Positions 40,680 to 55,300 of a DNA stretch of 64,000 bases are shown in pieces. The position numbers and the translations under genes are program-made. Under the pieces are notes generated by a model, which was not told where the DNA came from, searched no databases, and worked only from the letters and a program-made list of their open reading frames with translations. Each line of letters opens with the position of its first letter. Positions within the stretch are counted from its first letter, which is position 1. The DNA is from Octopus sinensis. Its lineage: Eukaryota. The stretch lies in assembly GCF_006345805.1 (NCBI RefSeq), contig NC_043003.1, forward strand, positions 51,274,001 to 51,338,000. The letters are read 5' to 3'.

Positions 40680-40725
<46 letters not shown>

Positions 40726-40985
40726 ATAATATATATATATACAATTTGTGTGTGTGTGTGTGTTTGTCTTCCCACTATCATTTGACAAACGATGTTGTAT
40801 TTACGACCCCATAACTTAGCGGTTCGGCATAAGAGACCGATAAAATAAGTACTAAGCTCACAAAGAAGAAGTACTAAGGTCGATTTCCTCGACTAAAGGC
40901 TGTGCACCAGTATGGTCGCAGTCAAATGACTGAAACAAGTAAAAGAATAAACGAATATATATGCATATATATATATATATGTATG

Positions 40986-41018
<33 letters not shown>

Positions 41019-41656
41019 TATATTGCTCTTATTCAGTTCTGACTAGGTATCGAACTGAGTTTGGTGACTTTTACCTTGTTTAGTAAATGTATTTGTATTT
41101 TGTTAATTTGTACAAATAATAGTTCTAATTTGCATACTGCTTTGTTTTGCACGTGGAGTTTTGGGTTCTGCTTTAATCAACATGCATTTTTAAGTATATA
41201 TTGTTCACATGTTCATTCTATCATTGCCGGACGAGTTAGACGGGCTGAACGAGTTTTCACATGGATAATTCTGTATTAAAACATAACAATATGGCACACC
41301 TTCTGTGTCCGATTAGTATTTGCTCCCATCCCTAGCCTTACGTGAGACACACGGACTCGAATTTCTAGGTGGATACCCATCCTCAACGTGTATTAATCAC
41401 CAGCTAGTGATAAATTTGTAGCGTACGACTTAAGGGAAAATCTACTCTCTCTCTGTTATATATACATAAATACGGACGTAGTAGATAATAGCTAGCCTTT
41501 GGTGACCTTTTTGGACCCTGTTGTGTCCACTACTCTGATTGGTTGGTATTGGCGCAATTTGTCTCTTGCTCTATTGCACGCCAATATGCAACCCAACCAA
41601 TCGCAGCCTTCTGGTCCAACTTGAGGAGACTAAAATCACTAACAAAGATTCAGTCC

Positions 41657-42018
41657 TGATCTTTACCTTTTGACCGACAGATTTAAAAAATAATTTTTTG
41701 TAACTAAATACTTTCAAACTTCGTATACTTATAGAATATGTCATAAATAACAGTGACAAATGAAATATACACCACTGATAGTTGTTGTTGACAAACAACG
41801 GCAGTAATTTTATTCAACTGAATACACGTCATTGATTGGTTGAAATTACCAAAATACAACAACTTTAACAAGAAATAACTCCCAAAATACAGAATTTTCT
41901 CAACAACGCCAAGAGTAAAAGATGTTTTATGTAACACATTCTACCAGTATACGAAGTTTGAAAGTGTTTAGTTACAAAAAAATTTTTTTTTAATCTGTTG
42001 GTCAAAAGGTAAAGATCC
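41657..42018. mobile_element. Second, rearranged copy of the GGATCT-TIR MITE family
   Basis: The right half (GTCATTGATTGGTTGAAATT...CATTCTACCAGTATACGAAGTTT...AAGATCC) is homologous to 39436-39624. Confidence 0.7.
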
Positions 42019-42390
42019 GGGCTGAGTCTTAGTGATTCTAGCCTCCTCAAGTTGAAGAGATTGCCATCATGGCAATATCAAACTGGGATTGCCATCTTCG
42101 GGGTTGAGGTCGTAGCGAGATAGTTAGGTCACAGCAACAAGAAACACATTGAAGAGGACAGGGACCAGGACGCAGTCTTGTTTAACTCCAACTTGAAAGT
42201 TGAAGTAGTAAGACTGATCACCACCCAATGTCACACGTACTTGCTTGCCGGTATGGAACTGGCGTAGCATGGCAAGAAGCTTAGGAGGGCATCCATACCT
42301 CCGCAGGATATTCCATAGTAGTGGGCGGCTAATAGTATCAAAAGCCTTAGGTCAATAAAGGCAAACGAAGCATCACGCTGTTGTCCGGAA
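42019..42390 (-). mobile_element. RTE (BovB-like) reverse transcriptase fragment
   Basis: Minus-strand AFIDL/KAFDTISRPLLWNILRRYGCPPKLLAMLRQFH...VGVKQDCVLVPVLFNVF...NLRRL, with a frameshift and stops. Confidence 0.82.
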
Positions 42391-42472
42391 AGTTCGTGCC
42401 GAATTTTAAAGGAAAGAAAAAAGTCAATAAATACTTGCCATTACATTTTTAAGTTGAAGTCGAGGGTCACAA

Positions 42473-42622
42473 TATGTATGTATGTATGTATGTATTATGT
42501 ATGTATGTGGGTGTATGTATGTATGTATGTATTATGTATGCATGTATGTGTGTGCATGTATGTATGTTTGTGTGTATGTATTATGTATGTATGTATGTGT
42601 GTATGTATTTATGTATGTATGT
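42473..42622. repeat. (TATG)n microsatellite; a second tract at 43216-43281 abuts the gap
   Basis: Direct reading. Confidence 0.9.
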
Positions 42623-42652
42623 AAAACTTGGAAAAGGATGCGTGGCGTTCGA

Positions 42653-43204
42653 TCATATATATTATATAAAATCCGTTCTGTGTGTGTGTGTGTGTCTTTT
42701 AGGATCTCGGGCATCCTCCATCCGATTGCGCTCAAATTTGATATATAGATACCGACGGTATCAGAGCGTGTATAAGTCTTTAAAAAATTACAAAAATCGA
42801 TTCCAGGTGAGAATGCGATCGGTAAAGCCGTGGGAACGTGCATTTGTACGCGCAAGTACATCAGCTGTTGCGATCGATACTACGCGTACGCGAGAAAAAT
42901 ACAGTGCAGTTTGCGCAAAAAAGCCGGCTGCCTTGAAATAATGCCACAAAATGCAGTATATTTAACGGACCAAAAGAGTAAGATGCAAAAGAGATATTTT
43001 CTTCAAACTTGGCATGAAGGAAGGAAAGACTATTTGCTTTCTCAAGAAGTTTTTTTTTTGCGTTAACTTCGTTTAACAAAACCCCCAAAATTATTGAAAT
43101 AAAGGCATGCTTAATTATTTTTAAATGAAAAGAAAACACTGATTGCTTTTTATTCAGCAGATATGACTCAGCACCGTCCATTGGACGGGGGTGCGTTTTG
43201 CTCG
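42653..43204 (+). mobile_element. Non-autonomous Helitron-like element (~550 bp)
   Basis: A|TC..TATATAAAA 5' end with (GT)n. Perfect subterminal hairpin CCGTCC-ATT-GGACGG at 43174-43188, then CTCG|T terminus. Flanked by (TATG)n. Confidence 0.6.
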
Positions 43205-43281
43205 TAATAATATATTATGTATGTATGTATGTATGTATGTATGTATGTATGTATGTATGTATGTATGTATGTATGTATGTA

Positions 43282-43381
43282 NNNNNNNNNNNNNNNNNNN
43301 NNNNNNNNNNNNNNNNNNNNNNNNNNNNNNNNNNNNNNNNNNNNNNNNNNNNNNNNNNNNNNNNNNNNNNNNNNNNNNNNN
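43282..43381. other. Assembly gap (100 N)
   Basis: Run of N; likely a placeholder of unknown size. Confidence 0.98.
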
Positions 43382-46300
43382 TTCTCTATTCACAAATAAT
43401 ACAGAATAGCCCTTCAAAATAAGCACGAAATATACAATCACATTTTATTGCAATAACACAAACGCACATGGAGAAAATAATGATGCTAAGATTCTCTCTG
43501 GTCGAACACAGCTTCTCTATTCACAAATAATACAGAATAGCCCTTCAAAATAAGCACGAAATATACAAACACTTTTTATTGCAATAACACAAACGCACAT
43601 GGAAAAAATAATGATGCTAAGATTCTCTCTGGTCGAACACAGCTTCTCTATTCACAAATAATGCAGAATAGCCCTTCAAAATAAGCACGAAATATACAAA
43701 CAATTTTTATTGCAATAACACAAACGCACATGGAAAAAATAATGATGCTAAGATTCTCTCTGGTCGAACACAGCTTCTCTATTCACAAATAATACAGAAG
43801 AGCCCTTCAAAATAAGCACGAAATATACAAACATTTTTTATTGCAATAACACAAACGCACATGGAAAATAATGATGGCTAAGATTCTCTCTGGTCGAACA
43901 CAGCTTCTCTATTCACAAATAATACAGAATAGCCCTTCAAAATAAGCACGAAATATAACAAACATTTTTTATTGCAATAACACAAACGCACATGGAAAAA
44001 ATAATGATGCTAAGATTCTCTCTGGTCGAACACAGCTTCTCTATTCACAAATAATACAGAACAGCCCTTCAAATAAGCACACGAAAATACAAACATCTTT
44101 TTATTGCAATAACACAAACGCACATGGAAAAAATAATGATGCTAGATTCTCTCTGGTCGAACACAGCTTCTCTATTCACAAATAATACAGAACAGCCCTT
44201 CAAATAAGCACGAAATATACAAACATTTTTAATTGCAATAACACAAACGCACATGGAAAAAATAATGATGCTAAGATTCTCTCTGGTCGAACACAGCTTC
44301 TCTATTCACAATAATACAGAATAGCCCTTCAAAATAAGCACGAAATATACAAATATTTTTTATTGCAATAACACAAACGCACATGGAAAAAATAATGATG
44401 CTAAGATTCTCTCTGGTCGAACACAGCTTCTCTATTCACAAATAATACAGAATAGCCCTTCAAAATAAGCACGAAATTACAAACAACTTTTTATTGCAAT
44501 AACACAAACGCACATGGAAAAAATAATGATGCTAAGATTCTCTCTGGTCGAACACACACAGCTTCTCTATTCACAAATAATCAGAACAGCCCTTCAAAAT
44601 AAGCACGAAATATACAAACACTTTTTTATTGCAATAACACAAACGCACATGGAAAAATAATGATGCTAAGATTCTCTCTGGTCGAAACAGCCTCTATTCA
44701 CAAATAATACAGAACAGCCCTTCAAAATAAGCACGAAATATACAAACACTTTTTATTGCAATAACACAAACGCACATGGAAAAAATAATGATGCTAAGAT
44801 TCTCTCTGGTCGAACACAGCTTCTCTATTCACAAATAATACAGAACAGCCCTTCAAAATAAGCACGAAATATACAAACATTTTTATTGCAATAACACAAA
44901 CGCACATGGAAAAAATAATGATGCTAAGATTCTCTCTGGTCGAACACAGCTTCTCTATTCACAAATAATACAGAGTTGCCCTTCAAATAAGCACGAAATA
45001 TACAAACAATTTTTATTGCAATAACACAAAGCACATGGAAAAATAATGATGCTAAGATTCTCTCTGGTCGAACACAGCTTCTCTATTCACAAATAATACA
45101 GAATAGCCCTTCAAAATAAGCACGAAATATACAAACACTTTTTATTGCAATAACACAAACGCACATGGAAAAAATAATGATGCTAAGATTCTCTCTGGTC
45201 GAACACAGCTTCTCTATTCACAAATAATACAGAATAGCCCTTCAAAATAAGCACGAAATATACAAACACTTTTTATTGCAATAACAGAAACGCACATGGA
45301 AAAAATAATGATGCTAAGATTCTCTCTGGTCGAACACAGCTTCTCTATTCACAAATAATACAGAATAGCCCTTCAAAATAAGCACGAAATATACAAACAC
45401 TTTTTATTGCAATAACACAAACGCACATGGAAAAAATAATGATGCTAAGATTCTCTCTGGTCGAACACAGCTTCTCTATTCACAAATAATACAGAATAGC
45501 CCTTCAAAATAAGCACGAAATATACAAACACTTTTTATTGCAATAAAACAAACGCACATGGAAAAAATAATGATGCTAAGATTCTCTCTGGTCGAACACA
45601 GCTTCTCTATTCACAAATAATACAGAATAGCCCTTCAAAATAAGCACGAAATATACAAACACTTTTTATTGCAATAACACAAACGCACATGGAGAAAATA
45701 ATGATGCTAAGATTCTCTCTGGTCGAACACAGCTTCTCTATTCACAAATAATACAGAATAGCCCTTCAAAATAAGCACGAAATATACAAACACTTTTTAT
45801 TGCAATAACACAAACGCACATGGAAAAATAATGATGCTAAGATTCTCTCTGGTCGAACACAGCTTCTCTATTCACAATTACAGAATAGCCCTTCAAAATA
45901 AGCACGAAATATACAAACATTTTTTATTGCAATAACACAAACGCACATGGAAAAAATAATGATGCTAAGATTCTCTCTGGTCGAACACAGCTTCTCTATT
46001 CACAAATAATACAGAATAGCCCTTCAAAATAAGCACGAAATATACAAACACTTTTTATTGCAATAACACAAACGCACATGGAAAAAATAATGATGCTAAG
46101 ATTCTCTCTGGTCGAACACAGCTTCTCTATTCACAAATAATACAGAACAGCCCTTCAAAATAAGCACGAAATATACAAACATTTCTAATTGCAATAACAC
46201 AAACGCACATGGAAAAAATAATGATGCTAAGATTCTCTCTGGTCGAACATAGCTTCTCTATTCCAAAATAATACAGAATAGCCCTTCAAAATAAGCACGA

Positions 46301-49300
46301 AATATACAAACATTTTTTATTGCAATAACACAAACGCACATGGAAAAAATAATGCTGCTAAGATTCTCTCTGGTTGAACACAGCTTCTCTATTCACAAAT
46401 AATACAGAATAGCCCTTCAAAATAAGCACGAAATATACAAACATGTTTTATTGCAATAACACAAACGCACATGGAAAAAATAACGATGCTAAGATTCTCT
46501 CTGGTCGAACACAGCTTCTCTATTCACAAATAATACAGAACAGCCCTTCAAAATAAGCACGAAATATACAAACATTTTTTATTGCAATAACACAAACGCA
46601 CATGGAAAAAATAATGATGCTAAGATTCTCTCTGGTCGAACACAGCTTCTCTATTCACAAATAATACAGAATAGCCCTTCAAAATAAGCACGAAATATAC
46701 AAACATTTTTTATTGCAATAACACAAACGCACATGGAAAAAATAATGATGCTAAGATTCTCTCTGGTCGAACACAGCTTCTCTATTCACAAATAATACAG
46801 AACAGCCCTTCAAAATAAGCACGAAATATACAAACATGTTTTATTGCAATAACACAAACGCACATGGAAAAAATAATAATGCTAAGATTCTCTCTGGTCG
46901 AACACAGCTTCTCTATTCACAAATAATACAGAATAGCCCTTCAAAATAAGCACGAAATATACAAACATTTTTTATTGCAATAACACAAACGCACATGGAA
47001 AAAATAATGATGCTAAGATTCTCTCTGGTCGAACACAGCTTCTCTATTCACAAATAATACAGAACAGCCCTTCAAAATAAGCACGAAATATACAAACATT
47101 TTTTATTGCAATAACACAAACGCACATGGAAAAAATAATGATGCTAAGATTCTCTCTGGTCGAACACAGCTTCTCTATTCACAAATAATAGAAGACAGCC
47201 CTTCAAAATAAGCACGAAATATACAAACATTTTTTATTGCAATAACACAAACGCACATGGAAAAAATAATGATGCTAAGATTCTCTCTGGTCGAACACAG
47301 CTTCTCTATTACAAATAATACAGAATAGCCCTTCAAAATAAGCACGAAATATACAAACATTTTTTATTGCAATAACACAAACGCACATGGAAAAATAATG
47401 ATGCTAAGATTCTCTCTGGTCGAACACAGCTTCTCTATTCACAAATAATACAGAACAGCCCTTCAAAATAAGCACGAAATATACAAACATTTTTTATTGC
47501 AATAACACAAACGCACATGGAAAAAATAATGATGCTAAGATTCTCTCTGGTCGAACACAGCTTCTCTATTCACAAATAATACAGAACAGCCCTTCAAAAT
47601 AAGCACGAAATATACAAACATTTTTATTGCAATAACACAAACGCACATGGAAAAATAATGATGCTAAGATTCTCTCTGGTCGAACACAGCATCTCTATTC
47701 ACAAATAATACAGAACAGCCCTTCAAAATAAGCACGAAATATACAAACATTTTTTATTGCAATAACACAAACGCACATGAAAAAATAATGATGCTAAGAT
47801 TCTCTCTGGTCGAACACAGCTTCTCTATTCACAAATAATACAGACAGCCCTTCAAAATAAGCACGAAATATACAAACATTTTTTATTGCAATAACACAAA
47901 CGCACATGGAAAAAATAATGATGCTAAGATTCTCTCTGGTCGAACACAGCTTCTCTATTCACAAATAATACAGAACAGCCCTTCAAAATAAGCACGAAAT
48001 ATACAAACATGTTTTATTGCAATAACACAAACGCACATGGAAAAATAATGATGCTAAGATTCTCTCTGGTCGACACAGCTTCTCTATTCACCAATAATAC
48101 AGAATAGCCCTTCAAAATAAGCACGAAATATACAAACATTTTTTATTGCAATAACACAAACGCACATGGAAAAAATAATGATGCTAAGATTCTCTCTGGT
48201 CGAACACAGCTTCTCTATTCACAAATAATACAGAACAGCCCTTCAAAATAAGCACGAAATATACAAACATGTTTTATTGCAATAACAGAAACGCACATGG
48301 AAAAAATAATGATGCTAAGATTCTCTCTGGTCGAACACAGCTTCTCTATTCACATATAATACAGAAGAGCCCTTCAAAATAAGCACGAAATATACAAACA
48401 TTTTTTATTGCAATAACACAAACGCACATGGAAAAAATAATGATGCTAAGATTCTCTCTGGTCGAACACAGCTTCTCTATTCACAAATAATACAGAATAG
48501 CCCTTCAAAATAAGCACGAAATATACAAACATTTTTTATTGCAATAACACAAACGCACATGGAAAAAATAATGATGCTAAGATTCTCTCTGGTCGAACAC
48601 AGCTTCTCTATTCACAAATAATACAGAATAGCCCTTCAAAATAAGCACGAAATATACAATCACATTTTATTGCAATAACACAAACGCACATGGAGAAAAT
48701 AATGATGCTAAGATTCTCTCTGGTCGAACACAGCTTCTCTATTCACAAATAATACAGAATAGCCCTTCAAAATAAGCACGAAATATACAAACACTTTTTA
48801 TTGCAATAACACAAACGCACATGAAAAAATAATGATGCTAAGATTCTCTCTGGTCGAACACAGCTTCTCTATTCACAAATAATACAGAATAGCCCTTCAA
48901 AATAAGCACGAAATATACAAACACTTTTTATTGCAATAACACAAACGCACATGGAAAAAATAATGATGCTAAGATTCTCTCTCTGGTCGAACACAGCTTC
49001 TCTATTCACAAATAATACAGAAGAGCCCTTCAAAATAAGCACGAAATATACAAACATTTTTTATTGCAATAACACAAACGCACATGGAAAAAATAATGAT
49101 GCTAAGATTCTCTCTGGTCGAACACAGCTTCTCTATTCACAAATAATACAGAACAGCCCTTCAAAATAAGCACGAAATATACAAACATGTTTTATTGCAA
49201 TAACAGAAACGCACATGGAAAAAATAATGATGCTAAGATTCTCTCTGGTCGAACACAGCTTCTCTATTCACCAATAATACAGAACAGCCCTTCAAAATAA

Positions 49301-52300
49301 GCACGAAATATACAAACACTTTTTATTGCAATAACACAAACGCACATGGAAAAAATAATGATGCTAAGATTCTCTCTGGTCGAACACAGCTTCTCTATTC
49401 ACAAATAATACAGAATAGCCCTTCAAAATAAGCACGAAATATACAAACATTTTTTATTGCAATAACACAAACGCACATGGAAAAAATAATGATGCTAAGA
49501 TTCTCTCTGGTCGAACACAGCTTCTCTATTCACAAATAATACAGAATAGCCCTTCAAAATAAGCACGAAATATACAAAATATTTTTATTGCAATAACACA
49601 AACGCACATGGAAAAAATAATGATGCTAAGATTCTCTCTGGTCGAACACAGCTTCTCTATTCACAAATAATACAGAATAGCCCTTCAAAATAAGCACGAA
49701 ATATACAAACACTTTTTATTGCAATAACACAAACGCACATGGAAAAAATAATGATGCTAAGATTCTCTCTGGTCGAACACAGCTTCTCTATTCACAAATA
49801 ATACAGAATAGCCCTTCAAAATAAGCACGAAATATACAAACACTTTTTATTGCAATAACACAAACGCACATGGAGAAAATAATGATGCTAAGATTCTCTC
49901 TGGTCGAACACAGCTTCTCTATTCACAAATAATACAGAATAGCCCTTCAAAATAAGCACGAAATATACAAACACTTTTTATTGCAATAACACAAACGCAC
50001 ATGGAAAAAATAATGATGCTAAGATTCTCTCTGGTCGAACACAGCTTCTCTATTCACAAATAATACAGAATAGCCCTTCAAAATAAGCACGAAATATACA
50101 AACATTTTTTATTGCAATAACACAAACGCACATGGAAAAAATAATGATGCTAAGATTCTCTCTGGTCGAACACAGCTTCTCTATTCACAAATAATACAGA
50201 CAGCCCTTCAAAATAAGCACGAAATATACAAACATTTTTATTGCAATAACACAAACGCACATGGAAAAAATAATGATGCTAAGATTCTCTCTGGTCGAAC
50301 ACAGCTTCTCTATTCACAAATAATACAGAAAGCCCTTCAAAATAAGCACGAAATATACAAACACTTTTTATTGCAATAACACAAAACGCACATGGAAAAA
50401 ATAATGATGCTAAGATTCTCTCTGGTCGAACACAGCTTCTCTATTCACAAATAATACAGAATAGCCCTTCAAAATAAGCACGAAATATACAAACATTTTT
50501 ATTGCAATAACACAAACGCACATGGAAAAATAATGATGCTAAGATTCTCTCTGGTCGAACACAGCTTCTCTATTCACAAATAATACAGAATAGCCCTTCA
50601 AAATAAGCACGAAATATAAAACATTTTTTATTGCAATAACACAAACGCACATGGAAAAAATAATGATGCTAAGATTCTCTCTGGTCGAACACAGCTTCTC
50701 TATTCACAAATAATACAGAATAGCCCTTCAAAATAAGCACGAAATATACAAACATTTTTATTGCAATAACACAAACGCACATGGAAAAAATAATGATGCT
50801 AAGATTCTCTCTGGTCGAACACACAGCTTCTCTATTCACAAATAATACAGAATAGCCCTTCAAAATAAGCACGAAATATACAAACACTTTTTATTGCAAT
50901 AACACAAACGCACATGGAAAAAATAATGATGCTAAGATTCTCTCTGGTCGAACACAGCTTCTCTATTCACAAATAATACAGAATAGCCCTTCAAAATAAG
51001 CACGAAATATACAAACACACTTTTTATTGCAATAACACAAACGCACATGGAAAAAATAATGATGCTAAGATTCTCTCTGGTCGAACACAGCTTCTCTATT
51101 CACAAATAATACAGAATAGCCCTTCAAAATAAGCACGAAATATACAAACATTTTTATTGCAATAACACAAACGCACATGGAAAAAATAATGATGCTAAGA
51201 TTCTCTCTGGTCGAACACAGCTTCTCTATTCACAAATAATACAGAATAGCCCTTCAAAATAAGCACGAAATATACAAACATTTTTTATTGCAATAACACA
51301 AACGCACATGGAAAAAATAATGATGCTAAGATTCTCTCTGGTCGAACACAGCTTCTCTATTCACAAATAATACAGAATAGCCCTTCAAAATAAGCACGAA
51401 ATATACAAACACTTTTATTGCAATAACACAAACGCACATGGAAAAAATAATGATGCTAAGATTCTCTCTGGTCGAACACAGCTTCTCTATTCACAAATAA
51501 TACAGAATAGCCCTTCAAAATAAGCACGAAATATACAAACACTTTTTATTGCAATAACACAAACGCACATGGAAAAAATAATGATGCTAAGATTCTCTCT
51601 GGTCGAACACAGCTTCTCTATTCACAAATAATACAGAATAGCCCTTCAAAATAAGCACGAAATATACAAACACTTTTATTGCAATAACACAAACGCACAT
51701 GGAAAAAATAATGATGCTAAGATTCTCTCTGGTCGAACACAGCTTCTCTATTCACAAATAATACAGAATAGCCCTTCAAAATAAGCACGAAATATACAAA
51801 CATTTTTATTGCAATAACACAAACGCACATGGAAAAAATAATGATGCTAAGATTCTCTCTGGTCGAACACAGCTTCTCTATTCACAAATAATACAGAACA
51901 GCCCTTCAAAATAAGCACGAAATATACAAACATGTTTTATTGCAATAACAGAAACGCACATGGAAAAAATAATGATGCTAAGATTCTCTCTGGTCGAACA
52001 CAGCTTCTCTATTCACCAATAATACAGAACAGCCCTTCAAAATAAGCACGAAATATACAAACACTTTTTATTGCAATAACACAAACGCACATGGAAAAAA
52101 TAATGATGCTAAGATTCTCTCTGGTCGAACACAGCTTCTCTATTCACAAATAATACAGAATAGCCCTTCAAAATAAGCACGAAATATACAAACATTTTTT
52201 ATTGCAATAACACAAACGCACATGGAAAAAATAATGATGCTAAGATTCTCTCTGGTCGAACACAGCTTCTCTATTCACAAATAATACAGAATAGCCCTTC

Positions 52301-55300
52301 AAAATAAGCACGAAATATACAAATATTTTTTATTGCAATAACACAAACGCACATGGAAAAAATAATGATGCTAAGATTCTCTCTGGTCGAACACAGCTTC
52401 TCTATTCACAAATAATACAGAATAGCCCTTCAAAATAAGCACGAAATATACAAACACTTTTTATTGCAATAACACAAACGCACATGGAAAAAATAATGAT
52501 GCTAAGATTCTCTCTGGTCGAACACAGCTTCTCTATTCACAAATAATACAACAGATAGCCTTCAAAATAAGCACGAAATATACAAACACTTTTTATTGCA
52601 ATAACACAAACGCACATGGAAAAAATAATGATGCTAAGATTCTCTCTGGTCGAACACAGCTTCTCTATTCACAAATAATACAGAACCCTTCAAAATAAGC
52701 ACGAAATATACAAACATTTTTTATTGCAATAACACAAACGCACATGGAAAAAATAATGATGCTAAGATTCTCTCTGGTCGAACACAGCTTCTCTTCTCTA
52801 TTCACAATAATACAGACAGAACAGCCCTTCAAAATAAGCACGAAATATACAAACATTTTTTATTGCAATAACACAAACGCACATGGAAAAATAATGATGC
52901 TAAGATTCTCTCTGGTCGAACACAGCTTCTCTATTCACAAATAATACAGAATAGCCCTTCAAAATAAGCACGAAATATACAATTTTTTATTGCAATAACA
53001 CAAACGCACATGGAAAAAATAATGATGCTAAGATTCTCTCTGGTCGAACACAGCTTCTCTATTCACAATCAATAATACAGAATAGCCCTTCAAAATAAGC
53101 ACGAAATATACAAACACTTTTTATTGCAATAACACAAACGCACATGGAAAAAATAATGATGCTAAGATTCTCTCTGGTCGAACACAGCTTCTCTATTCAC
53201 AAATAATACAGAATAGCCCTTCAAAATAAGCACGAAATATACAAACACTTTTTATTGCAATAACACAAACGCACATGGAAAAAATAATGATGCTAAGATT
53301 CTCTCTGGTCGAACACAGCTTCTCTATTCACAAATAATACAGAATAGCCCTTCAAAATAAGCACGAAATATACAAACACTTTTTATTGCAATAACACAAA
53401 CGCACATGGAGAAAATAATGATGCTAAGATTCTCTCTGGTCGAACACAGCTTCTCTATTCACAAATAATACAGAAGAGCCCTTCAAAATAAGCACGAAAT
53501 ATACAAACACTTTTTATTGCAATAACACAAACGCACATGGAAAAAATAATGATGCTAAGATTCTCTCTGGTCGAACACAGCTTCTCTATTCACAAAATAC
53601 AGAATAGCCCTTCAAAATAAGCACGAAATATACAAACACTTTTTATTGCAATAACACAAACGCACATGGAAAAAATAATGATGCTAAGATTCTCTCTGGT
53701 CGAACACAGCTTCTCTATTCACAAATAATACAGAATAGCCCTTCAAAATAAGCACGAAATATACAAACATTTTTTATTGCAATAACACAAACGCACATGG
53801 AAAAAATAATGATGCTAAGATTCTCTCTGGTCGAACACAGCTTCTCTATTCACAAATAATACAGAACAGCCCTTCAAAATAAGCACGAAATATACAAACA
53901 TGTTTTATTGCAATAACAGAAACGCACATGGAAAAAATAATGATGCTAAGATTCTCTCTGGTCGAACACAGCTTCTCTATTCACCAATAATACAGAACAG
54001 CCCTTCAAAATAAGCACGAAATATACAAACACTTTTATTGCAATAACACAAACGCACATGGAAAAAATAATGATGCTAAGATTCTCTCTGGTCGAACACA
54101 GCTTTCTATTCACAAATAATACAGAATAGCCCTTCAAAATAAGCACGAAATATACAAACATTTTTTATTGCAATAACACAAACGCACATGGAAAAAATAA
54201 TGATGCTAAGATTCTCTCTGGTCGAACACAGCTTCTCTATTCACAAATAATACAGAATAGCCCTTCAAAATAAGCACGAAATATACAAACATTTTTTATT
54301 GCAATAACACAAACGCACATGGAAAAAATAATGATGCTAAGATTCTCTCTGGTCGAACACAGCTTCTCTATTCACAAATAATACAGAATAGCCCTTCAAA
54401 ATAAGCACGAAATATACAAACACTTTTTATTGCAATAACACAAACGCACATGGAAAAAATAATGATGCTAAGATTCTCTCTGGTCGAACACAGCTTCTCT
54501 ATTCACAAATAATACAGAATAGCCCTTCAAAATAAGCACGAAATATACAAACACTTTTTATTGCAATAACACAAACGCACATGGAAAAAATAATGATGCT
54601 AAGATTCTCTCTGGTCGAACACAGCTTCTCTATTCACAAATAATACAGAACAGCCCTTCAAAATAAGCACGAAATATACAAACATTTTTTATTGCAATAA
54701 CACAAACGCACATGGAAAAAATAATGATGCTAAGATTCTCTCTGGTCGAACACAGCTTCTCTATTCACAAATAATACAGAACAGCCCTTCAAAATAAGCA
54801 CGAAATATACAAACATGTTTTATTGCAATAACACAAACGCACATGGAAAAAATAATGATGCTAAGATTCTCTCTGGTCGAACACAGCTTCTCTATTCACA
54901 AATAATACAGAACAGCCCTTCAAAATAAGCACGAAATATACAAACATTTTTTATTGCAATAACACAAACGCACATGGAAAAAATAATGATGCTAAGATTC
55001 TCTCTGGTCGACCACAGCTTCTCTATTCACAAATAATACAGAATAGCCCTTCAAAATAAGCACGAAATATACAAACATTTTTATTGCAATAACACAAACG
55101 CACATGGAAAAAATAATGATGCTAAGATTCTCTCTGGTCGAACACAGCTTCTCTATTCACAAATAATACAAACAGCCCTTCAAAATAAGCACGAAATATA
55201 CAAACATTTTTTATTGCAATAACACAAACGCACATGGCAAAAATAATGATGCTAAGATTCTCTCTGGTCGAACACAGCTTCTCTATTCACAAATAATACA

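Noticed and set aside
42474-43441. MYVCMYV-type ORFs
   Set aside because: These are translations of (TATG)n microsatellites and the N gap.
45216-45346. Satellite monomer as a tRNA/SINE, snoRNA or CENP-B-box repeat
   Set aside because: GTTCGACCA on the minus strand is only an imperfect B box with no properly spaced A box. There is no D box or two-hairpin H/ACA fold, and no NTTCG....A..CGGG match.
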